Shown: positions 35,551 to 49,310, counted from the stretch's first letter. The stretch is DNA of 64,000 nucleotides from Octopus sinensis (GCF_006345805.1 NC_043004.1:97278001-97342000), one strand, 5' to 3'. Notes: a model not told the origin generated them from the sequence alone. Made by a program: numbers and translations.

Positions 35551-38244
35551 CATACCCACTGTGTTTGTCACAGAGAAACTGAAGGCCAAGACCAATGACA
35601 CCGTTTAAATAAATTAATAAATAAATAAATGGATATTTCAACAAGCTGTTGTGAACCGCTAGATTTAGTAAAAATTGGTTTTAAATAATTATATAAGTGG
35701 GAAAAATATGTGGAAGGTTTATCAACATAGTTGCAAGTCAACAAACAGAAAAATTTGGAAATGAATTCTTGGCATTCAGCTTCATACGCTTCCCAAGAAA
35801 AAGCATTTATTCAATTAGGCCTGAAGTGATGTTAGTCGATTCTTTGAAAGAGAGATCTCTAGAGCTCTACTGTTTCACTTGGCAGATATATTGAAACTTT
35901 CATGTCCCTATTGCTCTATTTACGTTAGGTATTGATGATTCCACTTAGCTGGAACTCAGCATGGATTTCAACTCCCTAGAATGAACTCTAGATGAGGTTC
36001 GCTCCACGTTGATGACTGGTTCTGCAGTAGGAGTATTCAAATGAAGGTTTCTAAATTTCTGCCACGAACATTCTAGTGTTCCTCTTCATTCATCTTTGTA
36101 ATACCATGTTTCGGTGAATCATCTACCTCGATCGTTGTTCCTCCCTTATCAGTAAAGTTATCTTATGGAGCACCGGTCTTCGAAATTATCCTCTCATTTA
36201 CCCTTCTGTACAAGATGCATAACCTCAGATAACCAATTAAAATCATTAATTTGAACGATCCTGGTCAGGGTTTTATTTTTTCAATCTCGATAATTAATTG
36301 TTAATTTGAAAGTTAATATCTATTTTTAGGTTTAGTTTCTCAATTAGATTGTTATCACCCCTGAAAATTTTTGCAGACTTATTCAACAAAAAACAAAAAA
36401 AAATTAAATTTAAACTAGCGTAAAACTTGTTTCAGTGTTTGTCGACTAAGTTATATTTTTCGAAAGACACAGAGGCAGTGGGGGGGGGGCGGAATTATCT
36501 TCTTTATATCTTGCCTGTTTCCTTCTCTTGCCTCTCTTTTGTGAGCAACCCACTCTCCTCTCCATATCGAATTGATTTCAGCCGGGAGGTGGTCGAAACT
36601 CTACAACTTTGGAGCAGGATTGGTTTGTTACCACCAGAACAAGGTTAATCTATGCAGAAAGCCTGAATCGACAGACTGTTAAGTTGTACATTTTACTCTG
36701 TGGTTAATAATTTCGATCATGGTGACCGTCGTTGGCTCGAGTGGCCGAGGCATGTTCCATATTTCATTCACACTTAAACGCTTTAGCGTCAAACGCGTGG
36801 GTTAAGTCACTTAGTCCTCAGAAACTAATTCTTGCATTGTCGTCTAATAAATGCTAAAGTTTCACTTTATATATTGGGATAAATTTAATTTAAAGGTATC
36901 TCTAGTAAAAGTAATAACTCCATCGGTTCTGTAGCCTGTGGAATTCGTCATGGGACCATCGTAAATTCATTTTAAGAGACGCTAACAATAAATAATTATT
37001 TCGCTCCATCTTATATGTTAAATACTGTTGTGGGAAGGGGCGAGGCTTAACAGAAGTAATTGTGAAATAAAGTTTTCAGTGTTAAGCATGAATTTCATTT
37101 TTCGCTAACCATGAATTTCATTTTTACTTCTTTGACATCACGACTGACTTAAGTAGTAGTTGAGATTTTGGAATGTGCATAACTTTTTAAGTATTTCAGC
37201 CCCGCGAGCATATGTGGTAATGTTGTGAAAGTCTTCAGTGGTTAATTTTGATAAAATGATTGCAATTCACCTGCGATTTCCGAAATTCAGTTTCGAGCAA
37301 TGCCATCGCTTGAGTATTCTTTTGAACTTGAGCAGCATGGATGTGGCTTTTCAGTCCTGCTAGGAACCTACACCAATTTACACAGATGTTTCAACGATGT
37401 GAGCTTCTCGCAGTAGGTCTTCAGAGAACATACCTCCAAGGCTGACACATACCTTCATTCCATCAGAGAATTTTTGATTGGATGTTTTGCCTTTCTCAGC
37501 TACAGCCAATTATTGTACACAAAGCATAATAGGCTTGTTAAAAATTAAACGATATCTGTGCTTAAGAGATTTTTAAATTGAGAAAAGCCTAACGCAAGCC
37601 AGTGATATTCTCTAAACAACTTAAGTGAGAAGAACTAGAGTACATCATTTGATGATGTAGACGAAGCGGCTGATGTTACATCAGAGTTTTTCTTCTCGTG
37701 AAAAGATGTCTAAATACAGTTTCAGCATCTCTCACTCTAGCTGTTGGATAACTGTTGACTATACCTCCATACCAAGCAGACTTGGTAGGTTTGCCATTTT
37801 ATTAATCGACGGACCGGTCATGTGACAGGTTATACTGCTAAGTATTACAACAAGCACTAAGAATGATCTGCAAAATGCTCATAGCAATCGCGTATGCGCG
37901 CATGTACAAACATACACATGCGCGCGCGCACACCCACGTACATGTGCCTATATGCATATGCTCACTCATACTCGCACGAAACACACACATGCGCCAAAAA
38001 TGCACATATATATGCAACAATGCATGTACACGTATACAATTCCACATACACGAGCGCACAAGCACACACACACACATGCACATACCCATACGCGCATACG
38101 CGATTGATACGAGCATTTTTACTGCTTTACTTTATACTTCCTACCACATAGTTTCTTCCCTTATTTAACGGTCATTCTAATAGCCCTTGTCTTAATAACG
38201 GTCAATTGCATAGTAATTTCCCTTTGTTTAACGGTCATTTTCAT

Positions 38245-38365
38245 AGCATATTTTGATTGCCTCGATAACTGGAGAGATGCCAGTGCAGGTTTCCGCCCCA
38301 CATCCGAAACTTGGAGTTTTATTATGGCAACCGAATAATTGTCACATATTGTATTACAGATATAA
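38245..38365 (+). repeat. Repeat family E (second copy at about 51230-51330), possibly PLE-associated
   Basis: gataactg...ggtttccgcccc.acat...ggagtttta..atggc...gaataattgtcacata occurs at both loci. Confidence 0.6.
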
Positions 38366-38372
38366 TATATGT

Positions 38373-38410
<38 letters not shown>

Positions 38411-38413
<3 letters not shown>

Positions 38414-38840
38414 CACAGGCGGGGCTGTGTGGTAAGAAAGAGGCGTGTTTCCAAACCAGTCCTAATACGTACTATCTTGGGCAAGTGTCTTCGACTATAG
38501 CGTCGAGCAGACCAAAGACTTATGAGTGAAGCTGAAAGAAGTTCTTCATATATATATATATGTGTGTCTGTGTGTGTGTGTCTGTGTGTGTGTATGTATG
38601 TATGTATGTATATAGCTATGCGTGCGTGTTTTGTGTCTGTATTTGTCCTCTACCGCTGCTCCACAACTGGTGTTGGGGTTTTCACATACCCGTAAACTAG
38701 CGGTTCAGCAAAAGAGAACGATAAAATGACTACCAGGCTTCAAAAAATAAGTCATGGGGTCGATATGTTCGATAAAAACCTCTTTAAGGTGGTGCCCCAA
38801 ATTGACTGCAGTCAAAAATATCTGAAACAAGCAAAAGATA
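38411..38840 (+). mobile_element. Older SINE-B variant
   Basis: Diverged B head, core, microsatellite and ggtggtgcccca...gaaacaagcaaaagata tail. Confidence 0.75.
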
Positions 38841-39579
38841 ATATATATATATATATCGTTTAAGCTGCTATTTTTAGCATGTCGAGCAACTACTCAGAGG
38901 ATTCCTTACTAGATCCTTTGCCCACCACTAATTATATTGTATTGATTGACCAATCTACGTTCAGATGATTGTTTCAATTATTTACTTTAAGTAGCTTTTG
39001 TATTGTGATGTCATTTCACAGTTAGATACCTAAGGCCATTTGAGAAGTATCATTGCCGCATATTTTACATTATGGTGGTGAGTTGTTGACAGGATACATT
39101 TAAGCTAATTCTTAAGTCATTACTCTACATCACATGTCAATATTAGTGGAGAAAAGTGCATGAGTGCATTTATATCTTGTAGTGATTGGTGCCGTTCCTA
39201 AGACCATCCACACATCTCCATTCATGTCGTGGTCAAGCCTAGATGGTGTCAGTATCTAGTATGTCATCGGTGTTACCTTGATATAAATTACCTGTTCATG
39301 CTTCAGAGTCATCTGCCAACACTCCACAAATCCATAATGTGTTGCTGGACCCATCAATGTTTTAAAGATTTCCCCTTCATAGGAAAAAGGTATGGTCCGT
39401 TCACTGAGTTCCTTACACATTTGTCTCCACATATATATAAAGTTATTGATAGTCACTTCAAAGTTTTATCAGTGCGAAGGATTATGCAACTGGATAGAAC
39501 AATATGCATGAATGTATCGTTCTCCCAACTTCTCATTCTCTTTCTCTCTGTCTCTCTCTGTATCTCTTTCTCTCTCTCC

Positions 39580-39615
<36 letters not shown>

Positions 39616-41028
39616 GACGAGATTTTGTCAACGAAATCCACTCTCAAGGCATTGGTCGGCCTGGGGTTATAGTGGAAGACAAAAATTCTTTCACACACAG
39701 AGACGGAGGGTTGGCGTATCTGTGTACATCTATTTGTCTGGATGACGAATGCTGTTTGGTGTGTGCGTTATGCGTTATGTACATGAATATATGCGTTATA
39801 TATACATGCATCTATCTATCTAGCTGTCTATGTGTCTGTCAATCTTCATATCGATATATATATATATATATACATGTCTACGCTGGGCGTGTTTGACTTA
39901 AGCATATCTGTGCAATGTGTATTTATGTAGAAATAATATATCTTTTTTCTTGTATGCATACATGTGTGTATACATATGTATATGAGTGCGTGTTTATCTA
40001 TACCCACGCATAAATATATATAGATACATATATATATACATATGCGCGAATTTTCTTCTGTCCTTCTCCTTCTACATATACATACATGCGTGTGTGTATA
40101 TATATGCGTGCGCGCGTGCGTGGAAGTGTTCGTGTACGCGTGCACGAACATTCGTGTTTTTATGTGAACATACTTGCACTCGCTTATGTGTTAATATATG
40201 TGCTTATCTCATTCATCTACAATAGATATCTAATTACTACTTTTAATTATAAATTACGATGTTGGCAAAGTTCATCTATATTCATTAATGTTAACATAAA
40301 TGATTAAAAAATTAGTCACTATAAAATACAAATAAAATTAAAATAAAGTTACTCTGATTATCTATATCATATTTCATTATATTTTGTTTGTTTTGGATTC
40401 ATCTGTGTAATTGTATATTTATTTATTTTTAATCTTTGTTTTTGGTTTCCTTTTATTATTCACGTTGACTTAAAATCTGTATAAAAAAAAACTATAATAT
40501 TGATTTAAAAGAAAAACAATTTTAAAGGTATGAGCCTAATTTGTTAATAATTTGTCACGTGTGACACTCGTGCTAACGAGGCATCTCAATTCATTCTTTT
40601 TTTCTTCGTTGTGCTCGAGAGACTGTACACAAACATGTATATATGAATATATGCATTCAACATGGATGTATGTGAAAGTGGGTTTTAATTTTTCTACATC
40701 ACGAATGAGTAGGCTCGCAGAACCATCCTGTATTACAATGGCCTCTATGAAGGTTTTCACATAGTGGTAATGAAAACAAAGAAGAAGTAGTATAGCAATA
40801 TTACAAAGACTAATGGCCCTAAAAAAATATTCTTCAAGGAACTATGGTCGGGAAAATGAGAAAATGCTGAAGTGGAGACATGAGTTTTGGTACAAAACCA
40901 CCACAATTTGAAAACTCTGATGTACAATATAATTCCATTGGAAGTCAGGGTGCAACACGGGTGTGAACACATATTTTCAAAATGGTGAAACCGGTTTCTA
41001 ATTTTTCGACAACATTATCATGACCATA

Positions 41029-41454
41029 GGCGCAGGAGTGGCTGTGTGGTAAGTAGCTTGCTAATCAACCACATGGTTCTGGGTTCAGTCCCACTGCGTG
41101 GCATCTTGGGCAAGTGCCTTCTGCTATAGCCCCGGGCCGACCAGTGCCTTGTGAGTGGATTTGGTAGACAGAAACTGAAAGAAGCCTGTCGTATATATGT
41201 ATATATATATGTATATGTATGTGTGTGTGTTTGTGTTTGTGTGTCTGTGTTTGTCCCCCTAGTATTGCTTGACAACTGATGCTGGTGTGTTTACGTCCCC
41301 GTTACTAAGCGGTTCGGCAAAAGAGACCGATAGAATAAGCACTGGGCTTACAAAGAATAAGTCCCGGGGTCGATTTGCTCGACCAAAGGCGGTGCTCCAG
41401 CATGGCCGCAGTCAAAATGACTGAAACAAGTAAAAGAGTAAAAGAGTAAAGAGT
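41029..41454 (+). mobile_element. SINE-B, full length
   Basis: B architecture. Confidence 0.92.
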
Positions 41455-41850
41455 ATTACTCTCATCTTCATACTTTATTTCATTACAGTTTATTCCACAT
41501 CGGTTTGACCAGTTTGAGATGTCATATCATACTAGTTATATCAGAGTGGTACTGAATGCTGAATTTGGGAGTAGAACTAATTGTGTAACACAAGGCCATA
41601 ATTATCACAATTACACACGTCGTTCCTGCAAGTCCGATAACGCAAACCACTAACGCTCCAACGATCAAGATCTGGCAAGAAAATCTGTATAGCTATTAGA
41701 CGCCCATTATAAGCAATGTATTTCTGTAGAAGGCATATCTATTACACATTCTGATTGATGAGATTCAGATAGCCTTGAAACATGCTTAAGAATAAGTTAG
41801 ATAAACTTATTAGTGTCAACAAAGTATAAAGTCCTGATACGCAGAAAACA

Positions 41851-42243
41851 TCTTTATATATAAAAGTGAAGTTGTGTGTTTGTCTCCTACGATTTAGATT
41901 CCTAACTACTCCCACATTTTGCGGTGCAGTTTAGCCAAAACCGGGTATCTTATAGTCGTGATTCATATCGAGCCCTTCTGGGTATTAGCGCGGGTCTACG
42001 ATGAGTCTACGATTAAAAAAAATTTACCATCATTTTTTTCCATTTTAATGCATTTTTTCGCTATTATATAAGGGAAGTAATTCTCTAAAAATGTCTACGA
42101 TGAGTCAAAGATTTTAAAAAAATTTACCATAATTTTTTTCCATTTTTAATGCATTTTTTGCTATTTTTTTGCTATAACTCTCTAAAAATGCTTATATAGT
42201 TATTTCCCTTACAAACCCGAGCAACGCCGGGCGATACTGCTAG
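41851..42243 (+). mobile_element. Non-autonomous Helitron (393 bp)
   Basis: A|TCTTTATATATAAAA start; hairpin cccgagcaacgccggg at 42216-42231; ends CTAG|T; no TSD. Confidence 0.9.
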
Positions 42244-42547
42244 TTTATAATAAAGACTAAAAAACATAACTATTGTTTTAAATTAGGTGTGTATATAGAT
42301 ACATATGTAACCTTGTCACTGGGCATAATTTCTTTCATTGAAAATTCTCTTGCTTTCAACAGATTTTTGCTGTTGCCACGTCTTTTGTTTCTTTACTATG
42401 CTTCTTTGTTGTTGCTAGCATTAGAAATTCATTGCGTGTGTGTGGTCATTAGATCACTAATTATTTTTGGACTTATTTTCTCCTGTTACTCATTATTTTA
42501 GTAGTGATAGTCTTCAGTGCGCGTTGCTAACCCATTCATTTTGTATG

Positions 42548-42926
42548 TGGAGGCGCAATGGCCCAGTGGTTAGGGCAGCGGACTCGCAGTCGTAGGATCG
42601 CGGTTTCGATTCCCAGACCGGGCGTTGTGAGTGTTTATTGAGCGAAAACACCTAAAAGCTCCGCGAGGTTCCGGCAGGGATGGTGGTGATCCCTGCTGTA
42701 CTCTTTCAACACAACTTTCTCTCACTCTTACTTCCTGTTTGTGTTGTACCTGTATTTCAAAGAGCCGGCCTTGTCACTCTCTGTGTCACGCTGAATATCC
42801 CCGAGAACTACGTTAAGGGTACACGTGTCTGTGGAGTGCTCAGCCACTTACACGTTAATTTCACAAGCAGGCTGTTCCGTTCATCGGATCAACCGGAACC
42901 CTCGTCGTCGTAACCGACGGAGTGCT
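42548..42926 (+). mobile_element. tRNA-derived SINE type C, full length
   Basis: Close match to 4511-4892; probable TSD cattttgtat. Confidence 0.9.
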
Positions 42927-43299
42927 CCCCCCCCCATTTTGTATACTGAATGTTTGGCTTGCGTTAATCTCCTTTTTTTATATAGCTTTGGTAAAGAGTC
43001 GTAACGCTGGGTTTTGAGAAGTCTGGAATAAATATTTACGTCAACGATATCTATCAAGTCATTGTGTCTAAATCGAAAGGTAAGAGTTTCCTCTCTTTCG
43101 GGGTTAAGTTATTTTTTGGAGAATTTTCCCATTATGCACCGTTTCGAGTATTTATACCCCCTAAACCCCTAATATCTCAATAACAAGTCGTCCGATTTAT
43201 ACGAAACAAGCTTTACTCCGTTCGTATTCACATTTTCTCATTACTTTGTATTTTCCCAAAATTGCAAACAAGCAAAATACACTTTTAATGTATTGTGTT

Positions 43300-43376
<77 letters not shown>

Positions 43377-43428
43377 TCATATATACCTATATATATATAA
43401 CACATTCACACACACACACACATATATC

Positions 43429-43470
<42 letters not shown>

Positions 43471-43473
<3 letters not shown>

Positions 43474-44018
43474 GTGGTAAGTAGCTTGCTTACCAACCAT
43501 ATGGTTCCGGGTTCAGTCCCACTGCGTGGCACCTTGGGCACTCTCCAACTCTGATGTAATCTCCAGGGATACAGGCATCCAGCAACAGGACCTCCGTAAT
43601 GCCATGATGGACCGTGAAGTCTGGCGTAGCATGGTAAATTCCATTGTCTCGACCACGGTCGAACAATGATAATGATGATTGGGCAAGTGTCTTCTACTAT
43701 AGCCTCGGGCCGACCAAAGCCTCGTGAGTGGATTTGGTAGACGGAAACTGAAAGAAGCCCGTCGCATATATGTACATATATATGTGTGCGTGTGTGTGTT
43801 TGTGTGTCTGTGTTTGTCCCCCTAGCATTGCTTGACAACCGATGCTGGTGTGTTTATGTCCCCGTCACTTAGCGGTTCGGCAAAAGAGACCGATAGAATA
43901 AGTACTGGGCTTACAAAGAATAAGTCCCGGGGTCGAGTTGCTCGACTAAAGGCGGTGCTCCAGCATGGCCGCAGTCAAATGACTGAAACAAGTAAAAGAG
44001 TAAAAGAGTAAAAGAGTA
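43471..44018 (+). mobile_element. SINE-B (5' end clipped) interrupted by an RTE fragment
   Basis: B sequence is continuous across the insertion at 43541-43678. Confidence 0.88.
43541..43678 (+). mobile_element. Extremely 5'-truncated RTE LINE insertion
   Basis: DVISRDTGIQQQDLRNAMMDREVWRSMVNSIVSTTVEQ* followed by a (TGA)n tail; 7 bp TSD ttgggca. Confidence 0.8.
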
Positions 44019-44046
44019 TGCGTGTATATATGTATTCTTTTTTTAA

Positions 44047-44398
44047 TCGTTTCTGTCATTTCACTGCTGCCGTGATATAGCACCGCCTTAAATCAACCCG
44101 AGTACTTATTCATAGTAAGCCTAGTATTTACTCTATCAGTCCTTATTGCTGAAACGCTACTGGGACATGAACACATCAACATCGGTTGTCATGCAATGGT
44201 GGTGGTGGATAAACACACACATATATATATAAACAACAGGTTTCCTTCAGTTTCCGTTTACAAAATCAACTCACAAGGCTTTGGTCGACCCGAGGCTACA
44301 GTAAAAGACGCTTGGCCAAGGTGTCATGCAGTGGGACTGAACACGGAACCATGTGGTCGGGAAGCAAATTTCTTACCACACAGCCACGCCTGCGCCTA
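44047..44398 (-). mobile_element. Older SINE-B variant
   Basis: Diverged reverse complement of B. Confidence 0.75.
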
Positions 44399-44864
44399 TG
44401 CATATAACACAGTTTCCGTCTACCAAATTCCTTGGCAAAGCATTGATTGTATAGCTATAACAAGAGACACTTGATACGTTTCCATGCCAAGATACCGAAC
44501 CCAGTGCTGCGTAGTTTCAAAGCAAATTTCTTAGACACGAAGCCATTCCTGCTCCTATTGTATAAAGTATTAACGGAATGTGTTCCTTTTATTAAATGTG
44601 TCAGTAATAAAAGGGTTTGTGTCTTTGCTACGTATTATGCATTATACTCTGACATAATTTGGGATGTGATCTATCGGCTGAGAACCAGCGCTGTAGGTTG
44701 GACAACTTTTGCCTTGACATCATTATATTTCATATATTTCACTGTGTAAATATTCTTGCAGACAGTGACCTGAAGATGTCATGTTGGCCATCAGCTGCAT
44801 ATATCTAACCAGCATTAGAAGGCCAGCAAATGTCATGTACACTGACTCTTCTTGCTTGAATGAT

Positions 44865-45099
44865 TTATATATATATATGTATGTGTACATCCATGTGTAT
44901 ATATTTTAGTATCTACACACACACACACACACTCGCACGCACACACAAATACAAACACAGATATGTATGTAGATATATACATGTAGGTATGTATATGCAT
45001 ATATATGTATATGTATATATGTATATATGTATATATATATATATGTGTGTGTATATATATATATAATATATATATATATACATATTATATATAGGTATG

Positions 45100-45158
<59 letters not shown>

Positions 45159-45187
45159 TATATATAGGTATGTATGTATGAACATAT

Positions 45188-45236
<49 letters not shown>

Positions 45237-45240
45237 GTAC
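44865..45240. repeat. (TA)n-rich microsatellite
   Basis: Directly visible. Confidence 0.93.
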
Positions 45241-46171
45241 ATATAAAAAGAAGCTGTACAGATGTTGGTGGACTTAAGAGCTGAATCTGCTAAAGGCGCT
45301 ACGTTTCTTGCTTCAAAGAAAGAAAACCGAATTGACAAGAATAAGAAGTTTGCTGGAGATGATAGAGAAAAAAAATATATACAAAGAATATAAGCGATCA
45401 TGTGATGTATGTATGTATGTATGTGTATATATGCGTCTATGTGCGTGTGTAGTTGTTTCTTATGTGTGTGTGTTTGTGTATGCATGTGAAGTTGGGTTCA
45501 GTTGTGTCTTTTTTAGGAAAACAGAATAAAGTAGCAAATGAAAGAGAAGGATCAGAGGCTCATATCCTGCATGAAAGTGGGAAAGAGAGTGTTAAGAGAG
45601 AGAGAGAGAGAGAGAGAGAAGTAGGGAGAGAGAGAAAAAGAGAGAAAAAAAGAACGAGAGAAACGTAGGTACAACAAAAACTAGGAGTAATGGACAGAAT
45701 TTGATAGTGTAAAAGATTACAAAAGCATAGCAAATTTATTAGCGCTTTGAACCATACAATATAAGAAATAAGTAACAGGACTGGAATAATGGAATACGCA
45801 GTCATACACCATTATGTTTATGTACTTGTCTTGCTTTGCAATGTCGTGACTATAATTCAGTTTTTATGTTATATACATATATATGCGTGCACATATATAA
45901 TTTATATATATAATTCTATATATATATTCACACATTTACTTACATACTGATACACACACACACACATACAAAACATGTATCGTTATATAATATTGGGTAA
46001 TCATGCAGGAACAAAAGTAGTCAACGCACAGAGGAGATATTTTCTTTGTTGAAAACGAAGGATAACTTTTACCACTATGCATGTTTTTTCTTGACGTGCA
46101 CAATCCAAAATGATGAAAAACTTTCAACTTTGTCTTTACTGAAGTTTTACTCATAGGAAGAAACTCTGAGT

Positions 46172-46536
46172 ACTCTCTCTTTTACTCTTTTACTTGTTTC
46201 AGTCATTTGACTGCGGCCATGCTGGAGCACCGCCTTTAGTCGAGCAAATCGACCCCGAGACTTATTCTTTGTAAGCCCAGTACTTATTCTATCGGTGTCT
46301 TTTGCCGAACCGCTAAGTGACGGGGACGTAAACACACCAGCATCGGTTGTCAAGCAATGCTAGAGGGACAAATACAGACACACAAACATATACACACACA
46401 CACATATATATACATATATACGACAGGCTTCTTTCAGTTTCCGTCTACCAAATCCACTCACAAGGCTTTGGTCGGCCCGGGGCTATAGCAGAAGACACTT
46501 GCCCAAGATGCCACGCAGTGGGACTGAACCCGGAAC
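46172..46536 (-). mobile_element. SINE-B, 5'-truncated
   Basis: B architecture lacking about 45 nt of the head. Confidence 0.9.
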
Positions 46537-46637
46537 ATTCTTAAATAGATTTTAATTATTAAGTGCGTAACAGAGATAATGAAATTGCTATTGCACCAGC
46601 AATGTCACTGAGTGTGATGACCATTGAAATAATACCA

Positions 46638-46790
46638 CTAGCACGCCTGGCAAAATGCTTAGCGGCACTTCGTCCGTTTTTACGTTCTGAGTTCAAGTTT
46701 CGCCGAGGTCGACTTAGCCTTTCATTCTTTTGGAGTCGACTTAATCTCTCTCCGGAACTGCTGGCCTCGTACCAAAATATGAAACCATTT
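46638..46790 (+). mobile_element. SINE-A2 fragment
   Basis: A body plus A2 tail gctggcctcgtaccaaaatatgaaacc. Confidence 0.75.
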
Positions 46791-47369
46791 TACTGATTTC
46801 TTTGTTTGTGCGACTATTGTTCATGTATGTTTACAAGTTTAGGACTGTTTGCCTTTTATGTACGCCTTCCATACGTATTTACATAAATGATAACCTGTGT
46901 ATTGTTTTATCAATCCTTTTCACATGTCTTCGTATACCACATAACGTTTCTGCCTTATATCCTTATTTTACACATTTATAATTGAATATGTTATCATAAA
47001 TCATGTAACCCCTTTTCATTAAACATATATACTAGCGCATGCACACACGCATATAGTAAAGAAAAATCTTTCATTTAATGAAATTATCATTGTTAATTGA
47101 GTGTAATCAGGAGTGGATCTTGTCTGTAAAGTCATCTTGTGTAAGCAATGGACATATCTAAGTTGGTTAAATCTCATCTGAAAGCAGAGCGTATTAATTT
47201 TAGTTGATTCGATATTGAAGTGCATTATAGAAATAAAATAGTGACGCTTATTATGCATATAAAAAAAAGCGCAGGGGGAATGCGTCAAGCATGTGTTCTG
47301 TATTTTGGATTTAGTATTTCACATATATAAATTTATTAGCAAATAAATGAAGTAATTAAACTTAGCATA

Positions 47370-47919
47370 GGCGTAGGAGCGGCTGTGTGGTAAGTAGCTT
47401 GCTTACGAACCACCTGGTTCCGGGTTCAGTTCCACTGCGTGGCACCTTGGGCAAGTGTTTTCTACTATAGCCTCGGGCCGACCAAAGCCTTGTGAGTAGA
47501 TTTGGTACACGGAAACTGAAAAAAGCCCGTCGTATATATGTATACTGGCAGTATCGCCCGGCGTTGCTCAGTTTTGTAAGGGAAATAACTATAAAGCATT
47601 TTTAGAGAGTTATAGCCAAAAAATAGCAAAAAAATGGAAAAAAATGATGGTAAATTTTTTTTTAGTTAAAAAAGGTGGAGTTGCGTCCCCTAGACAGTTT
47701 GCGGTTTGTGTTTCTGATTCTCGACCCCATGTCGAATTTATCGATTTTTTTCAGAACTGGGGGAACTTTTCAAAATTTTCGCTGCGTTAGTTTTGAATTA
47801 TGACATTGGGCTAGGTGTGTGTCAAGTTTCATCAGAATCGGTTGAAAGCCGTGGTCAGGGTGAGGGTACAAGCAAACAGACACACAGAAACACGCACAGA
47901 CAAACTGCCGTTTATATAG

Positions 47920-47955
<36 letters not shown>

Positions 47956-48194
47956 ATGTGTGCATATGTTTGTTTGTCTGTATTTGTCCCCTTCCAACAT
48001 CGCTTGACAACCGATGCTGGTGTGTTTACGTCCCCGTAACTTAGCGGTTCAGTAAAAGAGACCGATAGAATAAGTACTAGGCTTCCAAAGAATAATTCCT
48101 GGGGTCGAGTTTCTCGACTAAAGGCGGTGCTCCAGCATGGCCACAGTCAAATGGCTGAAACAAGTAAAAGAGTAAAAGAGTAGAGTAAAGAGTA
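47370..48194 (+). mobile_element. SINE-B split by a Helitron
   Basis: B 5' half at 47370-47544 and 3' half at 47921-48194. Confidence 0.9.
47545..47920 (-). mobile_element. Non-autonomous Helitron inserted in the SINE-B (TA)n tract
   Basis: Minus strand starts A|TCTATATAAACGGCAG and ends ...gagcaacgccgggcgatactgCCAG|T; its 3' end matches that of the element at 41851. Confidence 0.88.
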
Positions 48195-49095
48195 AGGGCC
48201 TTTAAACGCCCTTAGATTTTGGGAACAATACACAAGCGGAAGTTTTAGTTTCATTTCACCTGCAGTATTTTCTCCGTGATGCAACAAACGGATTTTGTTG
48301 ACTGTTAAGCCTGGTGCAGATTTATTCATTCTAATATATATATAGACCTTATTGATATATACGTCCCAAAACACAAAATTTCATCAAGGCTAAGAACTTA
48401 TTCTGATGAGTAACTTCGTTAAGCATTAGTTTACTTCAGTTCTTCGGCACAATTAATAGCAGCCTCTGTATCAGTGCTGGCAGCGTTACCAGTTATTTTA
48501 ATGTCATGTAATATAAGGTTCCTTATAATTGTTTCAAACAATCTTTAACTAGTCCGAAAATGTTTTACATCAGAAGTTACACATTCCTTTGCTTTACTAA
48601 ATTTTAACTTTCGCTTGAATGACCGTTGTGTTTATCGACAAAATGCATCCAGTTCCAACACACAGAGGAGGTATTCTATTTTGAGAATCACATCATACTT
48701 ATTGAAAAAAACAGCCATTGTCTGAACATTAACGGAGGAACTGCTTGAGCACCTGAGCGAAGTTTATATTTATTGTCGCATAACTTTCACACAGTAGATG
48801 CTGCAAGTTTTAATAGTTTTGCGGTATAGAATTTTCTCCAGCAGAAAACATTGTAAAAGATTGAATTTAACTATGAACGTAACCTCTTTACCAATCTTTT
48901 TCGTACCTTAAACTTCAGTTCCACTTGATGGTATCATTCTAATTGTCTTGAAGGAGACACTAGAAAATCACGCCACGCAACAAATTCTGATGAAAATATT
49001 GATGATATGCGTTGGCAAAAGTTGTGTTCTTAATATTTTGGATGGAAAAATGGAAATAAGAAAGTGAAAAGAGGATGAGTGTTGTTGAAGTATAG

Positions 49096-49310
49096 GAGCA
49101 CTCCGTCGGTTGCGACGATGAGGGTCCCAGCTGATACGATCAACGGAACAGCTTGCTCGTGATATTAACGTGCAAGTGGCTGAGCACTCCACAGACACGT
49201 GTACCCTTAACGTAGTTCTCGAGGAGATTCAGCGTGACACACAGAATATGACAAGACGGGCCCTTTGAAATACAGGTACAAGAGAAACAGGAAGAAAGAG
49301 CGAGAGAAAG
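49096..49310 (-). mobile_element. SINE type C 3' half
   Basis: Reverse complement of the core 1 end plus tail 1. Confidence 0.8.

Noticed and set aside
39040-39460. Possible L1/Tx1 ORF1 remnant on the minus strand
   Set aside because: Only vague similarity and a partial CxxC; not supportable without a profile search.
45245-45390. Short open frame [17 protein letters not shown]...
   Set aside because: Under 50 codons, with no recognisable motif and no convincing splice sites.
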